DNA of 64,000 bases from Nemertoderma westbladi (GCA_032718475.1 JAUCBJ010001382.1:28843-92842); one strand, 5' to 3'; positions 32,945 through 45,821 are shown, counted from the stretch's first letter. A program made the numbers and translations. Notes: generated by a model from the sequence alone, not told the origin.

Positions 32945-34915
32945 GTGGTCAATACTGGAAAGGATTGCGGTCGACAATGCGTATTTACTGATTCCAAACC
33001 AGAGTTTTCAATAAAACGCACGTATGCGGTGGATGTGGTCGAGCTCGATTATATTTGGTTCTGTTGCGAAAATGTTGCAGCCGTAAGAAACAGACGGTAG
33101 GACGATCGCTAGCCATATTTTCCTTGCGGTGGCAATCGAGACAACGTTAAGTTTTACCTTTATTGCAATTCGCGTACAACAGGCAATCCCCTTGCGATAC
33201 AGGTGGTCGTAATGGGACCTAGGTCCGTTTTTGGTTGATAGCGTCACACCGAGATATTCGAATGAAGGTTGAAACTCGATGGGGGAACCGTTGTATATCA
33301 GAACATCGCTTCGAGCCAACCGGCCACCGTTGCGAAATTTAACAGCTTTGGTTTTTCGATATGTTGACCTTTAGATCGTTGCACCTCGCAATATTCAGAT
33401 AGTTTGTTTAGTCCATCATGTACAACGGCTATGGATTCACCGGCGATAACGAGATCGTCTGCATACATAATTACCCAACAGGCTGCGATAGCAATGAATG
33501 CAGGTAGATCGGCGATGAGGAGGCTGAACAACAGGGGTGATAGTCGGTCTCCTTGAACAACTCCGATAGATTGACTTATTGGGTCTATGATATAAGGTCT
33601 AGTGCAGATACATACAAAGTTAACGGCAATGAGCGCCCATATCACACGTATGAACTTCCTGCTAACTCCGTAACTGGACAGCTTCTTGCATAGGATCTCT
33701 CTGTTTACAGAGTCGAAAGCTTTAGAGAAATCCACAAATACACAGTATAAATGTCCACCTGATGGTGCTAGGGCTTCATTTATTCGGTCGTATAGAGGCA
33801 TTTAACAGCCATAATCGTAGAACTGGCTGTGCGGAAACCATTTAAATAGTCTCGAGCTTAGTATGGCGGTATATGTTTTTAATAAACATGATAGAAGCGC
33901 TATACCCCTATAGCTGTCGGGAGAGGATTTTGCTCCTTTCCCCTTGAACAGAGGGAGTAAATAGGAGGCGAGCCACGCAGTCGGGCAACTCACTGTTGTG
34001 AAGCACAGCGAGAATAGTGCGAGTAGATATGGGAGGAGATGGCCGAAACCCCACTTCAGAGATTAGTTGGTTACTCCATCGGGCCCGGCTGCTTTGTTTA
34101 TTTTCTGATTCGAGACCACCGCGGTAATTTCCTCGGCTCTGAATGGCGCATCGAGATAGTTGCTTGGATTTTCAGGTAGGTCTGGCAGGTTCGGATCGCG
34201 GGTTGCAGTCAGCAGTTTACATTTTAAATGGGTAAGCCACGATTCTTGTGGAACTTGGTGTGCAACAGGTTTCGGTTGTGAACCTTTCAGTATGTTCCAA
34301 AACGAGGTTTTGTCTGACTCACAGTCCTTGATCAGTTTGTGTTCCTTCCTCGCCTGGTACAATTTTCTCTTGTTTGTTAACATGTGTTTGTATTCTCGTT
34401 TCTGATCTCTATAGGTTCTATATGTACAAATTGATGGTCTTTCTCGCATAGCATGTAGACTCTATGTCAGTTTCTTCCTTGCGGCATGACATTGCCTGTC
34501 AAACCAAGGTTTTGATTTTTGTGGGGTTGGTGTGGTTGAAGAGTTGATTATAGCTGATGTAATATATGAGCATGCAGAGTTGACTCCTTCATGAAGTGCC
34601 GATTGGAACTCGTCTGGATTTAACAATTCGCCTAGTTTGTCAACGTCTATTGACCTCACGTCTTTAGTTCTATGCTGAGGTTTAGTTACTTCTCCGAGCG
34701 GTAATTCTAAACATACCCGTTGATGTTTCGTAGTTATCGTAGGTTGTACTTTCAATAATATATCATCTGCGAGTTCGCTCTCTGCAAATACAAGATCAAT
34801 AGAACTACGTCCGTTCCAACAATAGTAGGTTGGAAAGTCAGGATCATTCAGGCAATGTAGGCCGGCACCTAACAGGCCACTGCACAGCGTGTTGCCACGT
34901 TCAGCGGTTCCGTCG
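32945..34915 (-). pseudogene. Degraded LINE ORF2 (APE endonuclease C-terminal part + RT), multiple frameshifts
   Basis: SSIDLVF, KPWFDRQC, KAAGPDG, YRGIALLS, FVDFSKAFDSV, QGDRLSPLLF, YADDL and YLGV spread over several frames. Confidence 0.9.
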
Positions 34916-34916
34916 A

Positions 34917-35640
34917 CAATATCAACATACTGCATTGCAGCTGCATTAAGAAAATACTTGTCCCAGCGTATCCATAAAATTGGACAAGGCAAAAACTCCC
35001 TGTCTCATATGACTTTAGCGAGACTTTCCGCGTCTTCAAGACCTGTGTCCCGTAAGAGGCATCAGTGGTGGGTGTCCACCATGATAACACATTCCAAATG
35101 GAACAAATTCCAAATACACATTACAGGCCACCACAGTTCAAGATCGTGTTTTGGGTGGGTCCTCCTTGTGAAAGCGACTTCCTGTAAAGTTTGGGGGAAC
35201 CAATGCGATACCTCCAATGTTATACAGTGTCTTGTCGGAGATATTTGCATTGTACTTGACACAATGAACCTATCATATAATTCTTGTTCATGTGCTATCC
35301 AGAACTTTGGTGTCCATTTAGAACCTAGCATAAACTCCCACATAGGCGTAAAGGTTATACTGCTGTTCTAAATGAACGAAGCTTAAGATTCGATTTATTC
35401 TAAGTAACTTGGAAATCCTCCAATGGCCCATTCATGCTTGATGTTAGTGATAAAAAGACCAAGAATAGAAGCATCCTGCTCCAATGAAATCATTAGCTGA
35501 TGGTTGATGAAGTGCCAGTTGACTTCTCGTCACGTAATTCCGAGAGTGCTTCATGTTATCACCAAAGTCCCTATCAGATAGGTGCAATACTGGATAACCA
35601 CCTCTTCTGTACCGAGAACGGTAGGAGCTGTTTCCATGAC
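34917..35640 (-). pseudogene. Heavily decayed RTE-type LINE fragment (paralogue at about 44870-45821)
   Basis: Similar to 37960-38800; duplicated along with the surrounding intron. Confidence 0.6.
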
Positions 35641-35763
35641 TCCTTCATTGTGGTAGTATAAAGATATAGGCAGAACATAATCCAAGATACTTATGAATAA
35701 TAATGGTGCAAATGTGTGACCTAGTGAAACATAGTTAGATATTAGTATAAATAACTGTCAAAC

Positions 35764-35970
35764 CTTTCAAGGGAATGTGGTTTTTTCTTGAAACTCTGAA
35801 TATCTTGTTTAAGTTTCTCATTCTCTGATTCTAATTTGGCATTCATTTTGGTTAAATATTTAATTTCAGCGCCATTTTTCTTTGTTTCATCTATACCAGA
35901 TTTCGTCTTATCTTTTACTTGTTTGGTCTCGGGCTGGTCTTTAGTGATGTGTGAGGGAGAAGGTGCAACC
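35764..35970 (-). CDS. Host gene coiled-coil exon, type F (207 nt, phase 2-2)
   Basis: ttcag|G...AG|gtttga; VAPSPSHITKDQPETKQVKDKTKSGIDETKKNGAEIKYLTKMNAKLESENEKLKQDIQSFKKKPHSLE. Confidence 0.8.
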
Positions 35971-36539
35971 CTGAATAAATAAGGATATCAGGCATGTTAG
36001 TATGGTGTGATATGATTATGCAGTGCAAATAATGAATTAGCACGAATCGTTAAATTAAAGGCAATATCATATTTGGATTTTCTTCTTTATAAGATTTGGT
36101 TGGTAATCTGGTACCTGGGATTCAGTTCAGTAGGTTACATTTCTAAATGTCGATGACATTTGGATGAGCTCTGATCAGATAATATATCGATATGTATGCT
36201 CCTCCAATCCAAACACAACCTGGTTTGGATCGCAGTGTGCGAGAGGATGCGGCGCAAGATAATTTAAACATTAGTGTTTCCGCAAACCCAGTGATATATT
36301 GGGAACATTGGTGGGGGCGGGGGGGGGGGGGGAAGAACTGGTTAGTTATGCATTGTTTACCCTTGGGAGTTAGTGTGGCGCACGCCCTGCCTTATTGGTA
36401 ACACCCAAGAGAGAGGATCCTTAAGGTTGTCTCTTAAGGATGTTTCGCGTTTCACACAATCACCGATCATAATTGTTATTATTAATAAATGTTAAACGCA
36501 ATTATTCTAAATTTAAATCAATATTTATTATTTGCAAAC

Positions 36540-36782
36540 CTTTTAATAGACAATGGTTTCCCTTTTAGACTATCAATATCTCGTTTCAGTGTTTCTATGT
36601 GAGTTTCTAAAGTCTTATTTCTCTTTGTTAGGATCTTATAGTCACTCTCAGCTTTCTTTGCATCATTTTTAGCGGATTGGAGATCTAGTTTAAGTTGTTT
36701 TGTATCATCTTTAGCAGATTTCAGCTCATCTTTGAGTTGCTTAATCTCAGAATGATCATGGGTAATGGGTGAAGGTGAAACT
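36540..36782 (-). CDS. Host gene coiled-coil exon, type C (243 nt, phase 2-2)
   Basis: Close paralogue of 29790-30032 with the same splice sites; open. Confidence 0.8.
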
Positions 36783-37068
36783 CTAAATGATGATGTCAGA
36801 CATGTTAGTATGGTGAGATTCTGTGCAGAACAAATGATTGAGTTAGTGTGAATTATTTAAAAAATATATATTCTAACTTTACAGAAGTAATAGTAGTTAG
36901 CATCAGTTGGGAATCAAAGCCATCATACATAATTTTATTTATGATTCTTACTTTATTTTCAAGTGCTATTAGTTTAAATTTTCTGTTTTACAACATAGTT
37001 TTGAAGTACTTGTATTATTCATTATTAAACATTAAATTATTCTGAAAGCATATTAAAGTATTGCACAC

Positions 37069-37266
37069 CTGTCAAGAGATTTAGGTTTTGTCTTATGTTT
37101 CTCGATATCTCTCTTAAGTTTCCCATCATATGTTTCCAATCTGGAAATCTTCCCATTTAACTCAATCACTTCGATATCTGATTTCTCTATATCATCTTTA
37201 ACTAATTTCATCTCAACTTGTATTTCTTTAGTTTCAGACTGATCATGAGTGATTGGTGAAGATGCC
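37069..37266 (-). CDS. Host gene coiled-coil exon, type A (198 nt, phase 2-2)
   Basis: tttag|G...AG|gtgtgc; ASSPITHDQSETKEIQVEMKLVKDDIEKSDIEVIELNGKISRLETYDGKLKRDIEKHKTKPKSLD. Confidence 0.8.
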
Positions 37267-37959
37267 CTAAATGATGATACCAGCTAGTTAGTATGAAGGG
37301 GTTAATTTCACAAAGTTAGCTAGTATTTTGAATTTATTTCACAGACAGAGAGGGTTAAATTAGAAACCCTGCAAATTTGCTCTGCAGTTATAATATAGAA
37401 TATACAATTTTGAGGATATGACACCCTGAAAATGTGTGGTGGATGTGGATAGTAACTTCTGGAAATGACCGTGCAAATTGTATGTTTGGTCTTAATGAAT
37501 TCCCATTCCAACAACTATAGTGATCATTGACTGCTATGCCCGAAATAATGTTGCAGATAAGTCTGATTTTGAATTTGTCAAGGATACTTTTTTGAGAAAC
37601 TTCCTGATTTCCACTTATGTAAACCACGACGAGAATTAACTACCATGAGTATGAGTACTGCGGATAATGTTTATATAGCATTTTTCATCCAAAGTTTGAG
37701 AAAAATGCATAAAAAATCTACAATGACCACAAATAATGCAGACACAAATATATGTATAAGATTTTGTAAAGTTTTCAAAAATCAATGGAAAGTGTCTCCA
37801 ATGTTATTAATGTTAGTGTTTGTTATTGTAAATAGCAAGACAATAAAGACAAGAGAGTCTTTATTGTAAATATTGTTTCCGACTTGCAGTTTTATAGAAA
37901 TATGAAATATTTATTAAAGGAACTGTTACTACTAGGATCGGCATGCTGCATTGCAGCTG

Positions 37960-39385
37960 CATTATTAAGAATACTGTGCCGGCTTGTCGACAAAATTGCT
38001 GTCCACCATGCTTATTCACTCCATGAGGCTGCCAAAGTACAGGATTATGCACTGGCTGGTTCTCACGGCGAAAGCAATGTCCTGCAAAGCGGAGGCAATT
38101 TTGTTCTAGTGTCAAGCTTGGGGGAACCAATGAGACACCTCCAATATTATATAGTGTCTGGTTGGAGATGTGTGCATTGTACTTGACACAATGAACCCGG
38201 CATAGCATTCTTAAGAATGTGCCATCCAGAGATTTGGTGTCCTCAGCAGTTAGAGCCCAGCATGGACTCCCATAGAAGAGTACTGGAACTAATGCTGCTC
38301 TAAATAATCGGACCTTAAGTTTCCGATTAATTCTCGTTGACTTCCAAATCTTGGAAAGCCTATTCAAAGCTGCCCATGCCTTTCCCTTACGTATTCGAAG
38401 GTCTCACCTGACTTCCGGATCCATGATCCCATGTAACATAAGTCGTCCACATGATCAAGCATACCATCCTTTGAGCTTATGCTCATCCGGTCAGAGACTT
38501 ACTGAGGACTTTCAAAGTCAACTGTCAAAATTTTGGTCTTTCTGGAGTTAATAAAAAGACCAACACTAGAAGCAGCCTGTTCTAATGAGCTGAGAAGCCC
38601 TTGGGCTCCCTCTAATGATTCTGAGAGTACTCCTAAGTCATCAGCAAAGTCTATATCAGTTAGGTACTTGGCAGGATTTCCTCGACTTCTGGAGCCAGTA
38701 GGTGGAGTTATCATCACCCCATCATCATTATGATGATCTAAGGACATGCATAGAACATAGTCAACCACAATTATGAACAAGAATGGTGCAAGTGTGTCTC
38801 CCTGGAGGACGCCCCATAACACTTCAAATGGTTCTGTGTCACCGTCAACAGTAGACACAAATGTTGTCGAACCATCATATACTGATCTGATTGCTGCAAT
38901 AATTTCATCAGGTATCCCAAATAATGAAAGTATGCTGAACATACGTGAGCGAGAGACTGAATCAAAGGCCTTGAAGAAGTCAACAAAGATAACAGCCAGA
39001 TACCTGTCTTTCTTTTTTGATAACTCTTTGATTATCCTTCTAAGTGCCAAAATGGGCTCCATGGTCCCATGACCTTTACGGAACCCATTCTGATTTCCAT
39101 GGAGCAGTCTCTCAATGGGATCCCTGATGCGATTTAATAGAATTCTATTGTATAGCTTTGCAGCAATCGAGATCAATGAGATTCCCCGAAAAGAACCATA
39201 GAGTGTTAGGTTGCCCTTCTTGGGAACTGGCACCAACCTAATTGTTTTCATTTCTTGTGGGACTCTTGTTGTTCGGTACATGTCTACTATGATGGGATAG
39301 ATGAGCTTTAAACACTCGGTATTTTAAAGACCTCAGGGGGAACACCACCTACTCCACTAGCACGATTGGTCTTAAAGGAACTGTT
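37960..39385 (-). pseudogene. RTE-clade LINE RT fragment
   Basis: PVPKKGNL, FRGISLISIAAKLYNRILLNRI, QNGFRKG, FVDFFKAFDS, QGDTLAPFLF, DFADDL and KIWKS...LKVRLFRA. Confidence 0.9.
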
Positions 39386-39470
39386 CTAGGAGTCTCAATC
39401 TCGAATGATAATATGTTTATTTTACTATAATATTGTATATAAGTTTATAGGCTAAGTACATGAGTTAGTA

Positions 39471-40325
39471 TTATTATTAGCTTGTGGGGCGAGCGACGAA
39501 AGTAAGCGAGCTTAGCATACAGGTAACACTAACTCAATCGGTGTGTCTGTTGCTCTGTTGTTCTGTTGATTTGTTGTGTCCAATTTTAAACGTTAATAAT
39601 CTCGATAAAATATATCCAAACTTGGTACATATGTAGTCTGGCAAACGTTTAGAAATGTTCCAAGTTGAATTTGCGTGGGGTCTTCGTGCAGCATCTGTGT
39701 AACTGTCTTGCAGTTATAATAAATTTATCGACCCCAAAAATTATTAGGCTTGACATCAGCTTGTTGCTAGGAGACTGCAGGATATATCAGGTGGGTTTGA
39801 AATTCAGCAATACCGGTACAATGCAGCAATTAATAATGTGGCCTTGCTGCCTTGGAAAGTGTGGTAGGCCTATTTCACTTTCTTCAGCCATTCCAGCATT
39901 TCCAGGTGCAGAGTTCAGAGTATTCAGTTATTCGCGACTATTCAGCCACATCATGTACCGATACTCAAACAACTCTCCATCAAGGCCACTGCCTCTGTCT
40001 GTCGCAGTGTCATTGGCGACCTCGAGTTTTGGTATCGCTACTGCGCTAGCGCTATGGGCAAACTGGACTAACTGATGAGCGAGACCCGAGGACTGAAGAT
40101 TGCTTTGAATTTTTTGAGTAGTTTGACTCTGGACTTCTATGACATCGAAGCCAAGCTGCCAATGCGAAAGTTTTTTAACATTTTAAAGTAAAAGTTTGGT
40201 TAAATTTTCTTAATTATTTAACTAAATTTCTTAAGTACCGATTCTGGGATAAATTTGCTCAATTTTAATCTGTATCTAATAACTGACCCTCGTCCTGCGC
40301 GATGGCCCCACGATAGTTAGTTAGT
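39471..40325 (+). mobile_element. Probable Helentron-associated non-autonomous element (HINE/DINE-like)
   Basis: Subterminal inverted repeat GTGGGGC (about 39485) / GCCCCAC (about 40305); CTGT-type microsatellite near the 5' end; AT-rich flanks. Confidence 0.4.
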
Positions 40326-40365
40326 ATCTGTATCTAACTAGAAAAGTAAAATATATTCAGCAAAC

Positions 40366-40572
40366 CTTTCAATTTCTTTTGATCTTAACTCTGAAGTAAC
40401 ATTCTCAAACTGTAGTTGTAGTTTTTCCAGTTCCGATTCTTGTTTTTCATTCTTATTAACTAAATTTCTTATTTCCTCCCCTAAAACTTCGACTTCATCC
40501 TTTGAGAACTGAAGTTCGAGTTGGCACTCTCTATGGTCGGATTGTTCGTAAGTGATATTTGATGATGAAACC
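40366..40572 (-). CDS. Host gene coiled-coil exon, type D (207 nt, phase 2-2)
   Basis: Paralogue of 30212-30418; open, splice sites intact. Confidence 0.8.
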
Positions 40573-40604
40573 CTAAATTATGAGCAATCATTTTAACTGG
40601 TGAT

Positions 40605-40800
40605 AGTGAATGGTGCAATAATTAATGAGCTATGAGTAGATTAAGTGAATGGTGCAATAATTAATGAGCTATGAGTAGATTAAGTGAATGGAGCAATAGT
40701 TAATGAGCTATGAGTAGATTAAGTGAATGGAGCAATAGTTAATGAGCTATGGGTAGATTAAGTGAATGGTGCAATAGTTAATGAGCTATGAGTAGATTAA
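40605..40800. repeat. 39-bp minisatellite, about 5 copies
   Basis: Same unit as 30452-31778. Confidence 0.9.
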
Positions 40801-40851
40801 GGATGGGAAATTTGTGTTAATTTACTACATTCTGGGAGCTGTAAATATTAA

Positions 40852-41643
40852 GGGGGGTATCACCCCAAATCTATTTTATTTTTATTTTTATAGATACTGT
40901 TCTGAAACTTTTAACACAATTATCTGTGATCTTTAACTAAGAAAACTGAGTATGGATACATTCGCAAACCATTTTGTTCGAAAAATGTGGGACTTTTTGT
41001 CCCATTCAGTTTTTTTCAAAATTTGTAAAGATTGTGAGGATTTTTATGAAAAATATCTCATGTAGAAGGATCTGGTAGTACCAATTGGGTGGCTGTTCTC
41101 GGTCCAAGATTTTGGCCCAATGAACCTAGATGTGTAGGCTATCTTCAGTGAAAATTTCAACACAAAAGTATTGTTTTTGAAACATTTATGGGGGTTTTAG
41201 TATTTTCGGGCTATATTTCGGGCAACATATATTTTGAGGTAGACAAAGAGAAGCAGTTACATAATGCATCATAGAACATTCAAATGGACATATTTTACAA
41301 AACCAATACTCACGATTGTAGACTTAATGCTGCTGAACATTTTGGTATATGCTTGATAAAAATTGAGTGAAAAATAAAACAGTAGCAGGGAATTTAATGA
41401 TGAAAAATGTCAAATTCGGCAAACTGAGAAAAAGGTTGTTTTATACAGAGAGTCATGAATATTAGCAATAAATTATGTTGTTGAAAAGTTATGTTTTGAG
41501 GTGGAAAATTATTCAATGGTGAAAACCGATGTCACCACATGAAAGCCATTTTATGAAACCACAAAAGTAGAAGAAAAAAAAATTTCAAAAAATTTCAGAA
41601 TATTGTAAAATTTTGCAATCTCATGGGGTGGGTGATACCCCCC
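40852..41643. mobile_element. Non-autonomous DNA transposon with TTAA TSD, Kolobok-like
   Basis: TTAA-GGGGGGTATCACCC...GGGTGATACCCCCC-TTAA; absent from the paralogous introns at about 31825 and 44135. TTAA with purine (GG) termini fits Kolobok rather than piggyBac. Confidence 0.8.
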
Positions 41644-42218
41644 TTAATAGAAATTAATTGGTACGGAGGCATTATTATTAGGGACCACCTGATTTTAGAA
41701 AGCCATTGCGCACAATAATTGAGAAACAAGTAGTCGCAAAGGCAAGCATGGCAGTTGAAGTGATGGGGATTGGGTTGGCCATCTATAATGCAGTGGTTGT
41801 TGATTGAAGAGTGGATATCCCTTATTTTCACCTTCTAATCAACAGGCATTCTGCTGTAGCACTGCACTGTGTAGACTTGTGCTCGATGTTAAATAGCTGT
41901 AGCAATCGTAAGCTACTTGTTTCCTAATTGGAGCTTACTCAAATTCTTACCCCACCAAAGGAATTGTCCAAGTGGATATGGAGGGAAAAAACAATATGGC
42001 ACATCATAGAGAATGTACATGAGTTGGAGATTTGAAACACAGTGATGAATCATGTAATAGGTATCATAGGATGATAGGAGTTGCCATAGTTGTGATGACA
42101 TTTTTCGGATATCCCTAACTCAAGTGGTTTGTAAGAGGATACTAAGACAGACTTATACACAATGGAAATTTTTTGAATATATTTTTACCAATTTCAGTTA
42201 TAAATTTTTGATGCCAAC

Positions 42219-42329
42219 CTTTCTATGGTATGGGGTATTGCTGGTTCCTTTTCAACATCATAACTCACACCAGGAAGTGCAATTTGATCTTGATCAGGAT
42301 GGTCATCAGTGTGTGATTCGGGGGCGTCC
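42219..42329 (-). CDS. Host gene linker exon, type S (111 nt, phase 2-2)
   Basis: DAPESHTDDHPDQDQIALPGVSYDVEKEPAIPHTIE; AG and GT intact. Confidence 0.75.
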
Positions 42330-43166
42330 CTAAATTAATGATGATGATATTCGAATATTATGAAGTGCTTAATTTAGTTAATGAGTGTTTGAATGATATA
42401 TTTATGTAGATGATCTGAGAAATTGTATACTTTATTTGATTACATTAGTACTTTCTAGCCCCTCTATAGTTATCATTGACTGCTATGCCCGAAATAATGT
42501 TGCAGATAAGTGTAATTTTGAATTTGTCGCGGCTACTTTTTTGAGAAACTTCCTGATTTTCACTTTTGTAAACCACTACGAGAATGAACTACCATGGAGT
42601 TTGAGTACTGCGGATAATGTTTTTAAGCATTTTTCATCCAAAGTTTGTGAAAAATGCATAAAAAATCTACAATGACCACAAATGATGCAGACACAAATAT
42701 ATGTATAAGATTTTCTAAAGTTTTCAAAAATCAATGGAAAGTGCCTCCAATGTTATTAATGTTAGTGTGTGTTATTGTAAATAGCGAGGCAATAAAGACA
42801 AGAGAGGCTTTATTGTAAATATTGTTTCTGACTTGCAGTTTTATAGAAATATGAAATATTTATTAAAGGAACTGTTACTACTAGGATCGGCATGCTGCAT
42901 TGCAGCTGCATTATTAAGAATACTGTGCCGGCTTGTCGACAAAATTGCTGTCCACCATGCTTATTCACTCCATGAGGCTGCCAAAGTACAGGATTATGCA
43001 CTGGCTGGTTCTCACGGCGAAAGCAATGTCCTGCAAAGCGGAGGCAATTTTGTTCTAGTGTATGGGACAGGAGGATGGATGGATGTTAAAACATAAAGCA
43101 ATATTATGGTAATAAAATTGTTATATATTATTATTAAATTTAAGTCAATATTTATTATTTGCAAAC

Positions 43167-43580
43167 CTTTTAATAGACAATGGTTTCCCTTTTAAACTAT
43201 CAATATCTCGTTTCAGTGTTTCTATGTGAGTTTCTAAAGTCTTATTTTTCTTAGTTAGGATCTTATAGTCACTCTCAGCTCTCTTTGCATTAGCTTTAGA
43301 GGATTGGAGGTCAAGTTTAAGTTGTTTTGTATCATCTTTAGTGAATTTGGTGTCAAGTTTCAATTTTGTATCATCTTGTTTCATCAAGTTCACATGAGAT
43401 TGTGGATGCTTGAGGTTAAGTATATCCCATTTGAGTTTTTCGTTATCAGATTCTAATTTTGAATTCAGTCTCACTAAATTCTTTATTTCAGTTTCAGCTT
43501 CCTTTGATTTAGCAGATTTCAGCTCAACTTTGAGTTGCTTAGTCTCAGAATGATCATGGGTAATGGGTGAAGATGAGACC
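43167..43580 (-). CDS. Host gene coiled-coil exon, long type C (414 nt, phase 2-2)
   Basis: tttag|G GTC TCA...AG|gtttgc; shares its frame with ORF 43145-43474; looks like two fused modules. Confidence 0.8.
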
Positions 43581-43773
43581 CTAAATGATGATGTCAGACA
43601 TGTTAGTATGGTGAGATTCTGTGCAGAACAAATTATTGAGTTAGTGTGAATTGTTAAATGAATTTATTTATAAAATATATATTCTAACTTTACAGAAGCA
43701 ATAGTAGTTAGCACCAGTTGGGAATCAAAGCCATCATACATAATTTTATTTAGGTAAAATATATTCAGCAAAC

Positions 43774-43980
43774 CTTTGAATTTCTTTTGATCTTAACTCT
43801 GAAGTCACGTTATCAAATTGTTGTTGTAGTTTTTCCAGTTCCGATTCTCGTTTTTCATTCTTATTAACTAAATTTCTTATTTCCTCCCCTAAAACTTCGA
43901 CTTCATCCTTTGAGAACTGAAGTTCGAGTTGGCACTCTCTATGGTCGGATTGTTCGTAAGCGATATTTGATAATGAAACC
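43774..43980 (-). CDS. Host gene coiled-coil exon, type D (207 nt, phase 2-2)
   Basis: Paralogue of 30212-30418; open, splice sites intact. Confidence 0.8.
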
Positions 43981-45233
43981 CTAAATTATAAGCAATCATG
44001 TTAGCTGGTGATAGTGAATGGTGCAATAGTTAATGAGCTATGAGTAGATGAATAGAAATGAATGGAAATAATGATGAATGATGAATGAATGAATGATGAA
44101 TGAATGAATGATGAATGAAGAATGATGAATGGAAATATGAATAGAAATTAATTAGAACCGAGGCATTATTAGGGAGCACCTGATATTAGAAAGCTATTGC
44201 GCTCAATAATTGAGAAACAAGTAGTCGCAAAGGCAAGCATGGCAGTTGAAGTGATGGGGATTGGGTTGGCCATCTATAATGCAGTGGTTGTTGATTGAAG
44301 AGTGGATGTCACTTATTTTCACCTTTTAATACGCAGGAATTCTACAGTAGCACTGCACTGTGTAGACTTTTGCTCGATGTTAATTAGCTGTAGGAATCGT
44401 AAGCTACTTGTTTCCTAATTGGAGCTTACTCAAATGCTTGCCACATCAAAGGAATTGTCCAAGTGAATAAGAAGGGAAATGACAATATGGCACATCATAG
44501 AGAATGTACATGAGTTGGAGATTTGAAACACAGTGATGAATTATGTAATATGTATCATAGGATGATAGGAGTTGCCACAGTTGTGATGGCAGTTTTCGGA
44601 TATCCCTAACTCAAGTGGTTTGTAAGAGGATATTAAGACAGACTTATACACAATGGAAATTTTTTGAATATATTTGTATAAAAATATAAATAATAAAATA
44701 TAAAATATAAATAATGAATATAAATGAATATATATATAAATGAATAAAATATAAAAAATATTTTGCTTTGTGATAATCTGCTTGCTTTGATGCTCTGATT
44801 TGCCAGAACAGCAATAATTGTTTCCAATACCAGAAACCCGAATAGTGTGATATATCTATTCTATCCATCTAATATCAACATACTGCATTCCAGCTGCATT
44901 ATGAAAATACTTGTTCCAGCGTATCCATAAAATTGGACAAGGCAAAAACTGCCAGTCTCATATGAATTTAGCGAGACTTTCCGCATCTTCAAGACCTGTG
45001 TCGCTTAAGAGGAGTCAGAGGTGGGTGTCCACCATGATTACACATTCCATATGGAACAAATTCCAAATACACATTACAGGCCACCACAGTTCAAGATCGT
45101 GTTTTGGGTGGGTCTTCCTTGTGAAATCGACTTCCTGTAAAGTTTGGGGGAACCAATGCGATACCTCCAATGTTATATAGTGACTTGTTGGAGATATTTG
45201 CATTGTACTTGACACAATGAACCTATCATATAA

Positions 45234-45490
45234 AGGCGTCGTTCGATATCGCGATTGTAAACGCTGACGCCCCCTCATATGCTCACCGGTCCTTAGACTC
45301 TGGGCGGGTTTGCGGGGGAATGACCTCGCAGACCGGTATTAATCCACGGTGCACCATTTTTAATTGTATGTTTAATTGGTTTGTCTTAATTGTATTGTTC
45401 TGATTGGTGGTGGGATGTTGGGTTGGTGCAGCTATATATTTAATTGTATATACAATTTTAATCTCTTAATTAATAAATTAATATTTGTTA
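45234..45490 (+). mobile_element. Short retroposed insertion with a 9-bp TSD, derived from a restriction-like-endonuclease (CRE-like) LINE 3' region
   Basis: ATCATATAA duplicated (45225-45233 / 45491-45499); empty site at about 35275; encodes FDIAIVNADAPSY. Confidence 0.7.
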
Positions 45491-45821
45491 ATCATATAAT
45501 TCTTGTTCATGTGCTATCCAGAACTTTGGTGTCCATTTAGAACCTAGCATGAACTCCCACATAGGCGTAAAGGTTATACTGCTGTTCTAAATGAACGAAG
45601 CTTAAGATTCGATTTATTCTAAGTGACTTGGAAATCCTCCAATGGCCCATTTATGCTTGATGTTAGTGATAAAAAGACCAAGAATAGAAGCATCCTGCTC
45701 CAATGAAATCATTAGCTGATGGTTGATGAGGTGCCAGTTGACTTCTCATCACGTAATTCTGAGAGTTCTTCATGTTATCACCAAAGTCCCTATCAGATAG
45801 GTGCAAGACTGGATAACCACC

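Noticed and set aside
40065-40105. Hammerhead ribozyme at CTGATGAG
   Set aside because: No GAAA core or stem II in the required arrangement.
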